Below, one piece after another: positions 31,686 to 41,874 of a DNA stretch of 64,000 nt. The stretch's first letter is position 1. Each line of letters begins with the position of its first letter. The position numbers were made by a program, and so were the translations under genes. This stretch comes from a bacterium (lineage in GTDB: Bacteria; UBA8248), in the NCBI GenBank assembly GCA_965204535.1, contig CBDBEV010000001.1, positions 2,336,001 to 2,400,000 of the forward strand, read 5' to 3'. The notes below the pieces were generated by a model. It searched no databases. It was not told where the DNA came from and saw nothing but the letters and a program-made list of their open reading frames with translations.

Positions 31686-32561
31686 ATGAGCATGGACGAG
31701 ATACAGGACATCCTCGCTAAATACGACCGTGACTACCGTGCGCGGCTCCTTGCCTCCACGCCGGAGGCGGACCAACTGACGCTGACCTTTTACGAGGATG
31801 TCGCGGAGATTCTCGACGTCCTCTCCCGCCTGAAGAACATCGAAAGGAACCCGACGGGCTTCTCTATCGACGATGCCACGATACTCGGCCTGCTCGTCCG
31901 CACGTGGAAACTACTGAAACTCATCCTCTGGATCTACAGGGAGGACAGCGCGGAGTTCGCGGCCATCGCCGAACGATCGCTCATCGAGGTGGCCGTCACT
32001 GCTACCTATCTGCTCCGTTCGGACAAATTGACGTTGGAAGACTATCGGCGCTGTTCCTACAGAAACAGACTCCAGATGCTCGAACAAGCGGCTTCCGGGT
32101 CCGAATACTATAACAGCAAACCTGGGCGCCGGCTCTTACGATCGATCAACGAAAAGCTCGCCCGAGAGGGGTTGGACGAACACAGCTTCGAGAAACAGAT
32201 TCGAAACAACTGGCGCGTTCAGGGCAAGACGTTCCATCAGATATTCAAGGAGGTAGTAGGCGAAGACTTCTATGCCGTGGCATACGGCACCTTCTCGCAA
32301 TCTGTCCACGGTTCTTGGCAAGATGTCATCAACTTCTCCTTGCGCGGGAACGTCGCTCGAGGTTACTCGCCGTTGTACGAACCGCTTCACGTCAGCGTCG
32401 GCCACGTATCGCTGATCCTCCCGTTTGCTACACTGCCGTTTCGAGGGTGGGCAAGAAGAGTCAAGTTAGACAATCCGTACATCAAGGAAGTGTTGGACTT
32501 TATCGACAAACTCAATAGAGGATTGTTCGAGAAATACGGGAACCTCTTTTACGGTTATTGA
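31686..32561 (+). CDS. DUF5677-like helical protein, paralogue 2
   Basis: RSLIE......YL and YG..SQSVHGSW. Confidence 0.65.
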   Translation: MSMDEIQDILAKYDRDYRARLLASTPEADQLTLTFYEDVAEILDVLSRLKNIERNPTGFSIDDATILGLLVRTWKLLKLILWIYREDSAEFAAIAERSLIEVAVTATYLLRSDKLTLEDYRRCSYRNRLQMLEQAASGSEYYNSKPGRRLLRSINEKLAREGLDEHSFEKQIRNNWRVQGKTFHQIFKEVVGEDFYAVAYGTFSQSVHGSWQDVINFSLRGNVARGYSPLYEPLHVSVGHVSLILPFATLPFRGWARRVKLDNPYIKEVLDFIDKLNRGLFEKYGNLFYGY

Positions 32562-32940
32562 CGTCGCCTTCGGACACAAACGCCGACAGAACAAGCTCAA
32601 TTACGTCCCGTCCTTTAACCTCTTGCGAGGCCAACGTTTTCAGTCGGTAGGGGTGTGCAGGAAAGAACTGCCCACTTGCCCCCAGACGGAGTTATTTTCA
32701 AAGCCGACGCAACGCTGATGCTCTTCCGGCAACACCCGCCATCACATGAAACGGCGGAAATGCTCTTGAATTCAAGAATTTGTAACTTGCTTCGTCCCAC
32801 ACCACCGCACGACCCCTTGAGACAAACGCCGTGGCGACCGCTTCATTCCCGGATTGCAGATCGCTCCGATTAACCCATCAGCTTCATCAAGAATTTTTGG
32901 AGAAACGGGAGCGAGTTGCGAACCCTCCGATATTGCAAAA

Positions 32941-33780
32941 TCATTCTTCAGCATCAAAGGTTTCGAACTCCCTTCTCTTGTCAAAAACCGGCAAGTCGAA
33001 ATTTTCCGGAGGAACATCTGAAAAATAGTATTTTGTTTCTTTTCCTTTGAAACAATATAGATCGTGCCGCCCTCTATAGTCCGGCCCCCAGAAAATTTCC
33101 AGCCTGTCACCGAGTTCATCCCATCCGTCAGAGTTCATCCTGATATGTAACCAGTTTCTATATTTCTTTTGCCGCACATTTTGTAACCGCCAGCTATGAG
33201 TGCATCGAAAAGGGTCGAACATATCGTTCTCCGCGGATTCGATGATTTTGATGCACCCGAAGACGATTTCGTGCAAATAATCCACGCTGACCAATGGTAT
33301 CTTCTGGCTTCGCTTTTCCTCGATGAGGAAGTACCGCCAGTCGAAAGAGCCAATGTAGTCTCCGCGTTCATTCTTGTCGCCGTCGAGATTTACAAGGAAG
33401 TCGTCGAGAGACTTGAATGGAAACCTCCCTGTGTTCCCACCGATGGTTGCTTGGTAGTCGGTATAGTATTCGCGGAGGACCGTCTTGTCATTTTCTTCCA
33501 ACAAATCGAATAGAGTAGATAGCGAGTGTTCTTTGGGCACCTCCTTCCCGCGAACGTATAGAAGCGCCTTGAAAGACTCTTCGACCAGGAAATAGCCAAC
33601 GACAACGTAGCCCCATCCTTGCGCCTCTACATGACCGGGAGCCATGTCCGGCAATACCGGACATCTTTCGTATTTCTCCTTCTCTTTTTTCAAGGCCGTA
33701 TCCAACCATGCCGTGATAAGCAACGGATATTTGAAGTCAATGGGTTGGTTCGCCGCCACGATAACGCTCCTTTGTGTCAT
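32941..33780 (-). CDS. HEPN-like domain protein
   Basis: F.VE..FKAL.......EH.L..LF..L and F.WRY HEPN-type pattern. Confidence 0.6.
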   Translation of the reverse strand: MTQRSVIVAANQPIDFKYPLLITAWLDTALKKEKEKYERCPVLPDMAPGHVEAQGWGYVVVGYFLVEESFKALLYVRGKEVPKEHSLSTLFDLLEENDKTVLREYYTDYQATIGGNTGRFPFKSLDDFLVNLDGDKNERGDYIGSFDWRYFLIEEKRSQKIPLVSVDYLHEIVFGCIKIIESAENDMFDPFRCTHSWRLQNVRQKKYRNWLHIRMNSDGWDELGDRLEIFWGPDYRGRHDLYCFKGKETKYYFSDVPPENFDLPVFDKRREFETFDAEE

Positions 33781-33871
33781 TCTCAGCGCACAAAAATCAC
33801 TGATAGATAATAATTCCCCAATAATACCGTACTGAATCTGTCAGTTTCCCCTCCTTCGTCCCCCTCTCCCA

Positions 33872-34057
33872 CGCCTCAAGCGGTGCGCGCATTTTTTCGT
33901 AAAGGGCGAAGAGGTGCTCAACGCGCTTGCGCTCAGAGGCGATACCGCTTCGGCGATAGAGTCTGCCCACAGTGCGGTCAAGAGTATGATGGGCCCGGCG
34001 CAGATCGGGCGGCATGCAGTACAACTCATAGAGGCGGTCAAAGTTGCGTCTGGGTGC
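33872..34057 (-). pseudogene. Fragment of an MmeI-type gene 3' end
   Basis: HPDATL / LY...MPPDLRRAHHTLDRTVGRLYRRSGIASERKRVEHLFALYEKMRAPLE matches the C-terminus of 36288-39074. Confidence 0.9.
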
Positions 34058-34209
34058 ACCAGACCGTGATGTCCGGCGAAAACCTGCCCTTGATCGGAAG
34101 GTTACTCGGACATAAGCGGCATAGAACCACGGCGGGGTATGCCCACTTCGTCGACTCGCACCTTGTCGAAGCGGCAGAGAAGGTGCAGACGTTATCAACG
34201 AGACGATAA
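34058..34209 (+). pseudogene. Fragment of a tyrosine integrase C-terminus
   Basis: GENLPLIGRLLGH....TAGYAH resembles the ends of the integrases at 20.7-23.1 kb. Confidence 0.85.
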
Positions 34210-35049
34210 ATTCTGAGCGGAATATTCTCCAATTGTCGCTCGCAAAGCATTCATAAACTCGCTCGCAACATTACAGTAATTCACGAGAGCAAAATCTCTC
34301 GACTTATCTGCTGGGAAATTGGCCAAAGTCCATTTTCTTAAGAATCCTGAGCCGTGCGCTTCGGGTGTTCTAATGTTATCCACCATCCCGATCACGTCCC
34401 TCATTATTTTCAAGAATGGATCTGGAAACGGGATAATTAAATTGAGATTGTCAATTACTTTAGCCGCGTTCCTATGTTTTGCATGAATAAGCCAAGTCCT
34501 AATGACATTCGTTAGACATTTTCGGAAATGCAACGAAATTTAGGGCCAGTCTTGGGAGTGCTTGACAAAGTAGTCCTTTCGGCTTTTTGCCTTGATAAAT
34601 TTCTCGTACTTTTGATATTCGTAAAGCAGAAACAAAATCCCCATGAATTTGTCCCAAAATGCACGAATTCGGAACGATAAAGCCGATAAAACGTAAAGAA
34701 TATTTGCTTTTCCGGAGAATAGCTCGAAATCTTCGAGCACTGACCCCGACGCAATCTTTCCTCTATTGTTCAGTTGATTATGTAAACCGCCAGCTAAATT
34801 CACATCTTTCATCATGAACAGGTAGGTCAACTCAAGATCGACATAGGCATTCAACAGCTTGCCGTTAATGCGATCATCATCGCAGTGTATGCGGGAGTAC
34901 TTGTAGATGTTGCGAATGTCGTCGCATACGTTATATCCAGGAATAGTTGCCTCTCCGTAGCGGCTAATGCATGTCGCAAAGTCTTCTGCATCTTGAAGAG
35001 AAGTAATACGGAATGGTTCCGGCTCCTGAAACACACCTTCTCCAATCAT
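34195..35049 (-). pseudogene. HEPN-like gene interrupted by an in-frame TAA
   Basis: ORFs 34540-35049 and 34195-34533 share a frame, separated by one stop at 34540-34542; IRTPEAHG (RX4H). Confidence 0.6.
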
Positions 35050-35103
35050 GATTGTATTGTCCTAGAGGTTGGCTTGCTTCTTGTCAGACGTACCGCTTTT
35101 TCC

Positions 35104-35175
35104 TCAATCCACCTCCAGCGGCGTGCGCATTTTCTCAAAGAGCGCGAACAAATGTTCCACGCGGTCGAGCTCGGA
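35104..35175 (-). pseudogene. Short fragment of an MmeI-type gene 3' end
   Basis: Translates SELDRVEHLFALFEKMRTPLEVD*. Confidence 0.85.
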
Positions 35176-35197
35176 GGGGTAATGGGCTGTGAGTTCC

Positions 35198-36241
35198 TCA
35201 TTCAGAGGCAGTCTCTACAACTCCGAATAGTCTATAAATTTCCTGCCTCAATTGATCATTGCAATCAAACTCCACCGACTTCAAAGATATCATGTAATCT
35301 ACCTGTTCTTTGCTGCGAAACGGCTTGCGGCGTATTTCACGGACTTCTTCGGAACTAAAGTATCGATGGAGGTAATCATACGGGTTTTTGCCCTTCCCTA
35401 TTTGTGTAACAAGAATTGTGATCCATTGCGCAGCGCCTTTGCGTCTCTTCAAATCTTCAATTTCAAAGAAATCTCTTTCCTCGTCCGTTACGTTTCGGGC
35501 AAATAGGTTTTCGATTTTTTCATATAAATCTTTCAACATTTTGAAATGTTCCCCTACAACTACAGGCAAATCTATACTCTCACCTATGGAACGCTCGATA
35601 TAAGCCTTCGATACGCTATTCCATCTCCCAATTTTCAGATTTTCTTTGCCAATCTTCAAAGTGCCAATCGATATCCCGTCTCTCCAAGATATTTGCCATT
35701 CCGGAACGATAACGGCCCCATGAGATAAATTATTTCTCAACTCCCTTATGAATACGGCAACATCACAACCAAAATTTTCTGTTTTGATTTCCTCGATTAT
35801 GGTATTTATATCATCAGGGCACTCTCGCTGAATATTTTCAAGTGTTTGTTGCAGGCCAACTACCAAAGCGCAATAAGCCATCATGTCCTTTTGCGCCGCG
35901 TGCCCTACGACATGGGCTACATGTGTTTCGAAATCAGCGTCCTTCGAAAAGGCTCCAAGGGCGGCAGCATGACGGCAAATATCAATGTATGCCTGGTGAG
36001 CCGCCGAGTACAGCGCTTTCAAACTTTCCTTCAATCTGTTCTTTTTCCAGTAGACATGATGACGCATTAAGCTCATTCGCTCCGGCTCAATGCGCCAGTT
36101 AATGATGTTTCGAATTTCGTCACAAGTGGGGATATCACCACGCTTCAGGTATGAAATAACTTTACGATTTTCAACGTCCCTTTGTTGGCGTTTCATCTCC
36201 GAAGATCTCTTGAAAAGCTCCCAATTATCCGGTTCTTTCAT
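35198..36241 (-). CDS. Hypothetical protein with HEPN-like RX4H motif
   Basis: FIRELRNNLSHG; GAGG RBS before ATG at 36241; low GC. Confidence 0.6.
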   Translation of the reverse strand: MKEPDNWELFKRSSEMKRQQRDVENRKVISYLKRGDIPTCDEIRNIINWRIEPERMSLMRHHVYWKKNRLKESLKALYSAAHQAYIDICRHAAALGAFSKDADFETHVAHVVGHAAQKDMMAYCALVVGLQQTLENIQRECPDDINTIIEEIKTENFGCDVAVFIRELRNNLSHGAVIVPEWQISWRDGISIGTLKIGKENLKIGRWNSVSKAYIERSIGESIDLPVVVGEHFKMLKDLYEKIENLFARNVTDEERDFFEIEDLKRRKGAAQWITILVTQIGKGKNPYDYLHRYFSSEEVREIRRKPFRSKEQVDYMISLKSVEFDCNDQLRQEIYRLFGVVETASE

Positions 36242-36287
36242 TACGACCTCACAAATATCATCGTCATGAATAATCAAGTTTTTGCTA

Positions 36288-39074
36288 TTACCCCCTCCTC
36301 CTCCGCCGCTTCCCACTCACCCCCGCCTCCAAGGGCGCGCGCGATTTCTCGTACAGGGCGAAGAGGTGCTCCACGCGCTCGCGTTCCGAGGCGAAGCCGG
36401 AGCGGCGGTAGAGCCTGTCCACGGCGTGGTCGAGGGCTTGGTGGGCGCGACGCAGAGCGGGCGGCATGAGGTCGGGGGCGTAGAGATCGGCCAGCGTCTC
36501 TTCGGGGTGCGCCGCGCGGGCGTCGAGAACAGCCTGGGCGAGCGGCTCTAGCGCCGAGAGGTCGGCGTCTCCCGGCGGCAATGGATAAGTGTTGTAGACG
36601 AGGCCGCTGGAATAGCGATAGCGACTCTCCAGCCGTCCGCCGATATGACGCAGCCACGCCATGTGCATGGCGGAAGTGAGCAGTGCGAATTGCCATAACT
36701 CGGCGTTTTGAACGACCAGCAGCTGATTGCTCGGAATGGTAGGCGGAGTCAGCCAGCCAATGGGTACATATCGCCTACGTTCCGAGCTCACTTCGGGAAT
36801 GACCAAAAACGGACTCTCCGGGACAACGGAAACGTGATAGTCGGTGGGTTGCTCCGCTAGCGACCGGCCGAGTTTACCAGCTTCGTTCATCCGATAATTT
36901 CTAACTGCGCGAACCCTCTCCATGACGTTGGGCAATGACCGCAAAAGCGACGGCGATTCTCCCGATACATGAAGAATCCAGCGCTTCTTGTTGTTGATGT
37001 ATTCGTCTCCGCCGAGAAACGGCCTTAGTAGATTGGCCGCGCTTGGTTCCCTAGAGATGAACGCCTCCCTTTCTTCCGCTCCGAAAAGGTAGTGGCCGCC
37101 GTCAACGGGTTTCGTCCCTACACTGATTTTCGGAAAATCGGCGATGGGAGTCCTGCGTCTTTGAACGACGAGGTGGGAATCATCCAATCGACCCACGTCG
37201 ATGAGATACGGACTGATCGTGGCAACCCGAATTTCCTGAGAATCACCCGCAGGAGTTTCGTATGCGAACAAACGTCGCTCATTAGACGCGGAGTTCCGGT
37301 CGGACATACCGATAATCACCACATGCACGTGAGCAACGCCGCGGGCATCGGAACCCCATGCAAACGTCCGATGAGCAAAAACGAGCTCCAAGCCGTATCG
37401 ATCGAACAAGGCGGGCCATAATTGCGCTACCTGTTCACCCTGCGTGATGGAATTCGTCGCCACGAAACCGATGCGAGCGCGATTTCCCTGAAGATATGCG
37501 CCCGCTTTCAGAAACCATGCGGCGACATAATCCAGCCTCGATCCTGATGCGCCGAGTTGTTTCATCAATTCTTTCGCCTGTGTTTGCTTCTCCTCAATCC
37601 GCATGACAAAACCCCCAAACGGCGGATTGCCGAAGACGAAAGAACATTCCGCAGGCGGGAGAAGTTCGGCCCAGTCGGTTTCTAGCGCGTCGTCGCACAG
37701 GATGTGCGGGGAGGTGGTGAGTGGAATGCGCGTGTAGGTTTGGCCGAACTCCAGGCTAAGCCGGTTGTTCATGATGTGATCCATCATCCAGAGCGCCGTC
37801 TCGGCGATGCGCGCCGGGAATTCGCCGAGTTCGATCCCGTAGAACTGATCTACGGTGATATGGGAGAGTTCGGCGGCGTCGAGTTCGCGTTGGGCCTCAT
37901 CAGCACGCAGTTCACGGATGACCTCCATCTCCAGTTCGCGCAGTTCGCGATAGGCGATGATGAGGAAGTTGCCGCACCCACAAGCCGGGTCGAAGAACTT
38001 CATCTCGCCGAGGCGTCGCTGAAATGCTTCGAGTTCGACCCGTCGTCGGCTGTCCCTGCGGGCTTTCAACCGCTCGAATTCCGCGCGCAAGTCATCCAGA
38101 AAGAGCGGCTCGATAACTTTCAGGATGTTCTTTTCTGTCGTGTAGTGCGCCCCTTGCGCGCGGCGCTCCGCAGGCTCCATCACGGATTGAAAGAGTGCGC
38201 CGAAGATAGCGGGCGAGATGTTCGACCAGTCGAAGCGGCAGGTTTCGAGCAGGGCGTTTCGCATGGCGGCGTTGAACGACGGAATGCGCAGGGCATCCCG
38301 GAACAAGTCGCCGTTCACGTAAGGAAAGCGCGCGAGGTCCTCATCCAGCGTCCTCTGGCGCTCGTTCTCCGGCGTATCCAGCACCTGGAAAAGTTCGGCC
38401 AGCCGCGAGCCGCTATCCGAGCCGTCCTCGCTCGTGCGCTCTTCGATGTAGTTCAAAAAGATGTCGCGCGGCTCGAAGATGCCCGTATCGTCCGCGAACA
38501 GGCAGAAGACGACGCGCACCAGAAAACGCTCCAGATCGTCCCCCGTATAGCCCGCCTCCGCCAGGGCGTCGTGCAGGTTCCCCGCGAGTTCGGCGGCCTT
38601 GATGTTAGCGGGGTCCTGATCGCGAAAGGCGCGGCGTCGTACGCCCAGGATGAAGCCGAATTTCTCGATGTTGGCGGGCAGATCGGCGAGGGAGAAGGCG
38701 GTGCGCTCGCGTTCGTCCAGATCGTAAAGTTCAAACGTCTGGAAATCGCTCACGAGTATGTGGCCGGGTCTTTCCCGTTCGGGGAGAGCGTCGAAGTATT
38801 CGCCCGCCTGCCCGTAGGCTCGATCGAGTTTGCGGCCCTCGCTTTTCTGCTCGACGAGCAGGACGCGCGGCCAGAAGAGGTCGATGTAGCCGTGGGTGTT
38901 ATCAAGGCGCCTTACGTGCTCCTCGAAGCGCGCGACGGAGCGGCGCCGGACGCCGAAAATCTCGAAGAAATCGTTATAGAAACTCTGTGTCTCGCCTCTT
39001 TCGTATGCTGCGCCCACCCACGCGCGGGCGAAACGTGCCGCGCGGACGCGCATCTCGTTCCAGGACAGGCGCAC
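36288..39074 (-). CDS. MmeI-like type IIL restriction-modification enzyme
   Basis: N-terminal GYIDLFW...LVEQKS nuclease; GAHYT, DPACGCGNF and GNPPF MTase motifs; PEVSSERR.Y.P and YRYS..LVYNTYP target-recognition region. Confidence 0.93.
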   Translation of the reverse strand: MRLSWNEMRVRAARFARAWVGAAYERGETQSFYNDFFEIFGVRRRSVARFEEHVRRLDNTHGYIDLFWPRVLLVEQKSEGRKLDRAYGQAGEYFDALPERERPGHILVSDFQTFELYDLDERERTAFSLADLPANIEKFGFILGVRRRAFRDQDPANIKAAELAGNLHDALAEAGYTGDDLERFLVRVVFCLFADDTGIFEPRDIFLNYIEERTSEDGSDSGSRLAELFQVLDTPENERQRTLDEDLARFPYVNGDLFRDALRIPSFNAAMRNALLETCRFDWSNISPAIFGALFQSVMEPAERRAQGAHYTTEKNILKVIEPLFLDDLRAEFERLKARRDSRRRVELEAFQRRLGEMKFFDPACGCGNFLIIAYRELRELEMEVIRELRADEAQRELDAAELSHITVDQFYGIELGEFPARIAETALWMMDHIMNNRLSLEFGQTYTRIPLTTSPHILCDDALETDWAELLPPAECSFVFGNPPFGGFVMRIEEKQTQAKELMKQLGASGSRLDYVAAWFLKAGAYLQGNRARIGFVATNSITQGEQVAQLWPALFDRYGLELVFAHRTFAWGSDARGVAHVHVVIIGMSDRNSASNERRLFAYETPAGDSQEIRVATISPYLIDVGRLDDSHLVVQRRRTPIADFPKISVGTKPVDGGHYLFGAEEREAFISREPSAANLLRPFLGGDEYINNKKRWILHVSGESPSLLRSLPNVMERVRAVRNYRMNEAGKLGRSLAEQPTDYHVSVVPESPFLVIPEVSSERRRYVPIGWLTPPTIPSNQLLVVQNAELWQFALLTSAMHMAWLRHIGGRLESRYRYSSGLVYNTYPLPPGDADLSALEPLAQAVLDARAAHPEETLADLYAPDLMPPALRRAHQALDHAVDRLYRRSGFASERERVEHLFALYEKSRAPLEAGVSGKRRRRRG

Positions 39075-39571
39075 GTTCTACCTCAGGCGTAACTGCGCAG
39101 GGCGGCGGCGGGTGTATTACAGAGCAATGCTTTTCTCATGATGTTCATGGGACGGACTTTCTCATATTTTTGGGAGCGGTTCCTAGTTCATCGGTCGCAA
39201 ACTCTCCTTCAAAAGTTGAGATTGACCTCGTTCTTCGCTCAGAATTAATTCCGCACGACGACTTAACGCGGGATGGCTAAGGTGCGAATCATTTTGATTT
39301 TAGCGCGCTTTGGGCGAGACTAGCTAGCAAATTGCTCCATGGAAACGAACCTGAGAAAATAGAGTAACAGCATGAGAAGCCACAAGCCTTGACCTGCAAC
39401 AAGCTGACCTTACGGCGTAACCAGTCCAATTATGGGTCGTCGCCATCGCCGGGGCTGCTCAATGCAACCTGACGGGTATGAACTCTACATCATGCGACAG
39501 GCCGCGAAACACTATAAAGCCCAGCATCAGGAAGCTATGGTGCAGCTTGAATCTCTGTAAAAGTTTTGGTT

Positions 39572-40618
39572 TCACTGCGACTTGTGCTGCATACGAGCGT
39601 CTTGAGGGACGACCCAAGCCCTCAGTAAATTTGACCCCTCTACACGATCAAATGAGACCGTTTGATTTGTAGCCAGTAAATTAGCCACGCGGTTTGCCGT
39701 TTCTCGCGATGGCGGCCAATACATTTGAGGCCCAATGATGCGGGGCGTACGTAACTCCAATCGAATAGTACCTTGCGATATCTTTTTCTCCATCTCTTCA
39801 GCATTAGCATAACGTACAAGTTGGATTGCGCCACCCCTCAAACAAAGCTCCAAACCAATATGTTGCTTGTCAAAAGTACTGTTTCTCGCATCGGTCAAAG
39901 CAGCAGACTGAACCTGTCCAAGAAGACATGCTCCATGAGCGCTTACCTCGATGGTCCAAATCGCGAGTTTGTTCGGTTGTATTTTGACCGTGACCTCATG
40001 ATCTCCAATAGCGCATGGAATTTCGCCTCGTAACCACAATTGCCAAATAAGATCAAGCGAGCCTGTTTCCCAAGAAGCGCCAGGCGGTAAATCCACGGCG
40101 ATCGATCCGCTTGGACCATCAGATATTGGTGCAACAGACAAATAGCTGGTACTTTTCCATTCAGCAACCCAAAACACGAGAGAGTGTAAGACTTTCTGTA
40201 CTTCCAATGCCAAACGATCTTCAGTCAGACCTTCGGCCACAAGAGTCTTTATGCCAGCGGCTTCAGCTCTTTCGATAGCCCCGGACGTATAGCCTGAAGC
40301 AGCCACATAGATTCCAAGATTTGTATTAATACCAATATCCTGTAACTTGCCGACAAATGCATCAATTAGCTCTACACCGACACGTTCTCCATAATTCTTA
40401 CATTCAATCGGAATATGGACGGGGCAACCGAATAACTCCTCTGACGCCACCTTCAGCAATACATCTACTTCTCGTACTCGTTCCGATCCGTCAGCGGTTG
40501 GTAAACGAGCATTGCGTTCAACATCATCGCCAGCAATCTTATACAGAAATTCGACTAGGGTTTCCAGAAATTTGCCTTTTGAGTTTGCATCGTGATTTGT
40601 CATCAGATTCCGTTTCAC
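39572..40618 (-). CDS. Mrr-like restriction endonuclease domain protein
   Basis: KG..LE.LV, REVDV, IECKNY...V....IDAF.GKL.D and G....SGYT..A. Confidence 0.8.
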   Translation of the reverse strand: MKRNLMTNHDANSKGKFLETLVEFLYKIAGDDVERNARLPTADGSERVREVDVLLKVASEELFGCPVHIPIECKNYGERVGVELIDAFVGKLQDIGINTNLGIYVAASGYTSGAIERAEAAGIKTLVAEGLTEDRLALEVQKVLHSLVFWVAEWKSTSYLSVAPISDGPSGSIAVDLPPGASWETGSLDLIWQLWLRGEIPCAIGDHEVTVKIQPNKLAIWTIEVSAHGACLLGQVQSAALTDARNSTFDKQHIGLELCLRGGAIQLVRYANAEEMEKKISQGTIRLELRTPRIIGPQMYWPPSRETANRVANLLATNQTVSFDRVEGSNLLRAWVVPQDARMQHKSQ

Positions 40619-40726
40619 TATTCAGGTAGGTTTCGAAACATTTTATACTCAGTCTCTGGTCAATTGATACTATTCTAAATTGATCTTCGACTGCGCTACT
40701 CCTTTTATGTGGGCACTAGCCTAGTA

Positions 40727-40776
40727 TCCAACAGCTTACGCATTATCTCATATGACATGAACAGGTTCTCCACGCG
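40727..40776 (-). pseudogene. Degenerate MmeI 3'-end fragment
   Basis: RVENLFMSYEIMRKLLD aligns without gaps to RVEHLFALYEKMRAPLE. Confidence 0.6.
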
Positions 40777-41242
40777 CAGAATCCATCTCCGAGCAACTGG
40801 CTCGATAGCCATAAACCCGCTACCGAAGACGGCTGAATTCCCTTCATATTGCACAAGTTAAACAATCGCTAAAATCTTTTGGAGGTGGCTTACTCAAATC
40901 TGCGGACCACTCACGCGTACAGTATTGGTGGGGCGCGATCGGCCTGTTAGCGCAAAAGAGTCGGCATTGTGAGTGATGTCCCGCCGGGGGGCGGCTCACC
41001 GGCCCTGCGCCATCCTTCCAGATTCCATCTGCGCGAGAAGATAGCGATGCCGTACAATAACTGGAGATGCGGCGCTCGCACTCGCGCGCATGCCACAGGC
41101 GGCGTAGTTCAGACCTCCGCGTGTTGAGGTTGTGCCTGACATACGGATTATGTGGAACTCCACATAATCCGCATTGTGTCCACTGGCCACGGCGTTTCCG
41201 CACGTTGGAGGCGTGGACGAGAGCAACAGATTTGAGATGAGA

Positions 41243-41293
41243 GGTCCTATGGGGGTCCTATAAGGGTCTATTGGAGTCTTATGGAGGCCTAAT
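41243..41293 (+). repeat. Degenerate short tandem repeat (~11 bp unit, GGTCCTAT-like)
   Basis: ggtcctatggg ggtcctataag ggtctattgga gtcttatggag gcctaat. Confidence 0.5.
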
Positions 41294-41874
41294 CAGAGAG
41301 ACGTTGACGATTCGGTGATTCGGAATAGCGATAATCCAGTCTAGTGCCATGGAGCTCATTTCAAAAAATCCGACCATTCATGCATGATGCGAGAATCGGC
41401 GCAAATACTCTTCGGGCCTCAAGATATATTCGAGGCATTGGAAATCCCTAGAATGACACGGTCGAGGGTAAGGTTTTTTGCATTGATGCGGGATGCCAAT
41501 CAGGGCGGGGTGTCCTGGGTACCTACAAGACTTTTCTATTACATGCGGCTGGTGAATCTGCCCATTTGCAACCAAATTATCGGCACGCACGTTACCCAAT
41601 GCACGGGAATGTGGAAGGCAGCAATCCGCTGAAAGTAACAAGTGAAAAAATGGATAAGGTACAAAAAGAAACTCTCTGACATTTTGTTTTTGGGCTCGTT
41701 GATCTTTGAATCTATTGAGTATTAAGGAAGCGAATATCGCGATTTGTCTGTGACCTCATTCGATCGGCCCGAGTTGCTGTCATGAATCACCCTGCGATCC
41801 GGCGGCCAAACATGTCGAACACACCCGCCATATTGATGAGAACCTTCGAATTCAATGTTGATAAATCAACTGTG

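Noticed and set aside
41070-41135. Possible fifth, heavily degenerate MmeI 3'-end fragment
   Set aside because: Alignment needs gaps and cannot be separated from chance by eye
41243-41293. Short repeats considered as a CRISPR array or iterons
   Set aside because: Degenerate ~11-bp units without spacers; no cas or rep gene nearby
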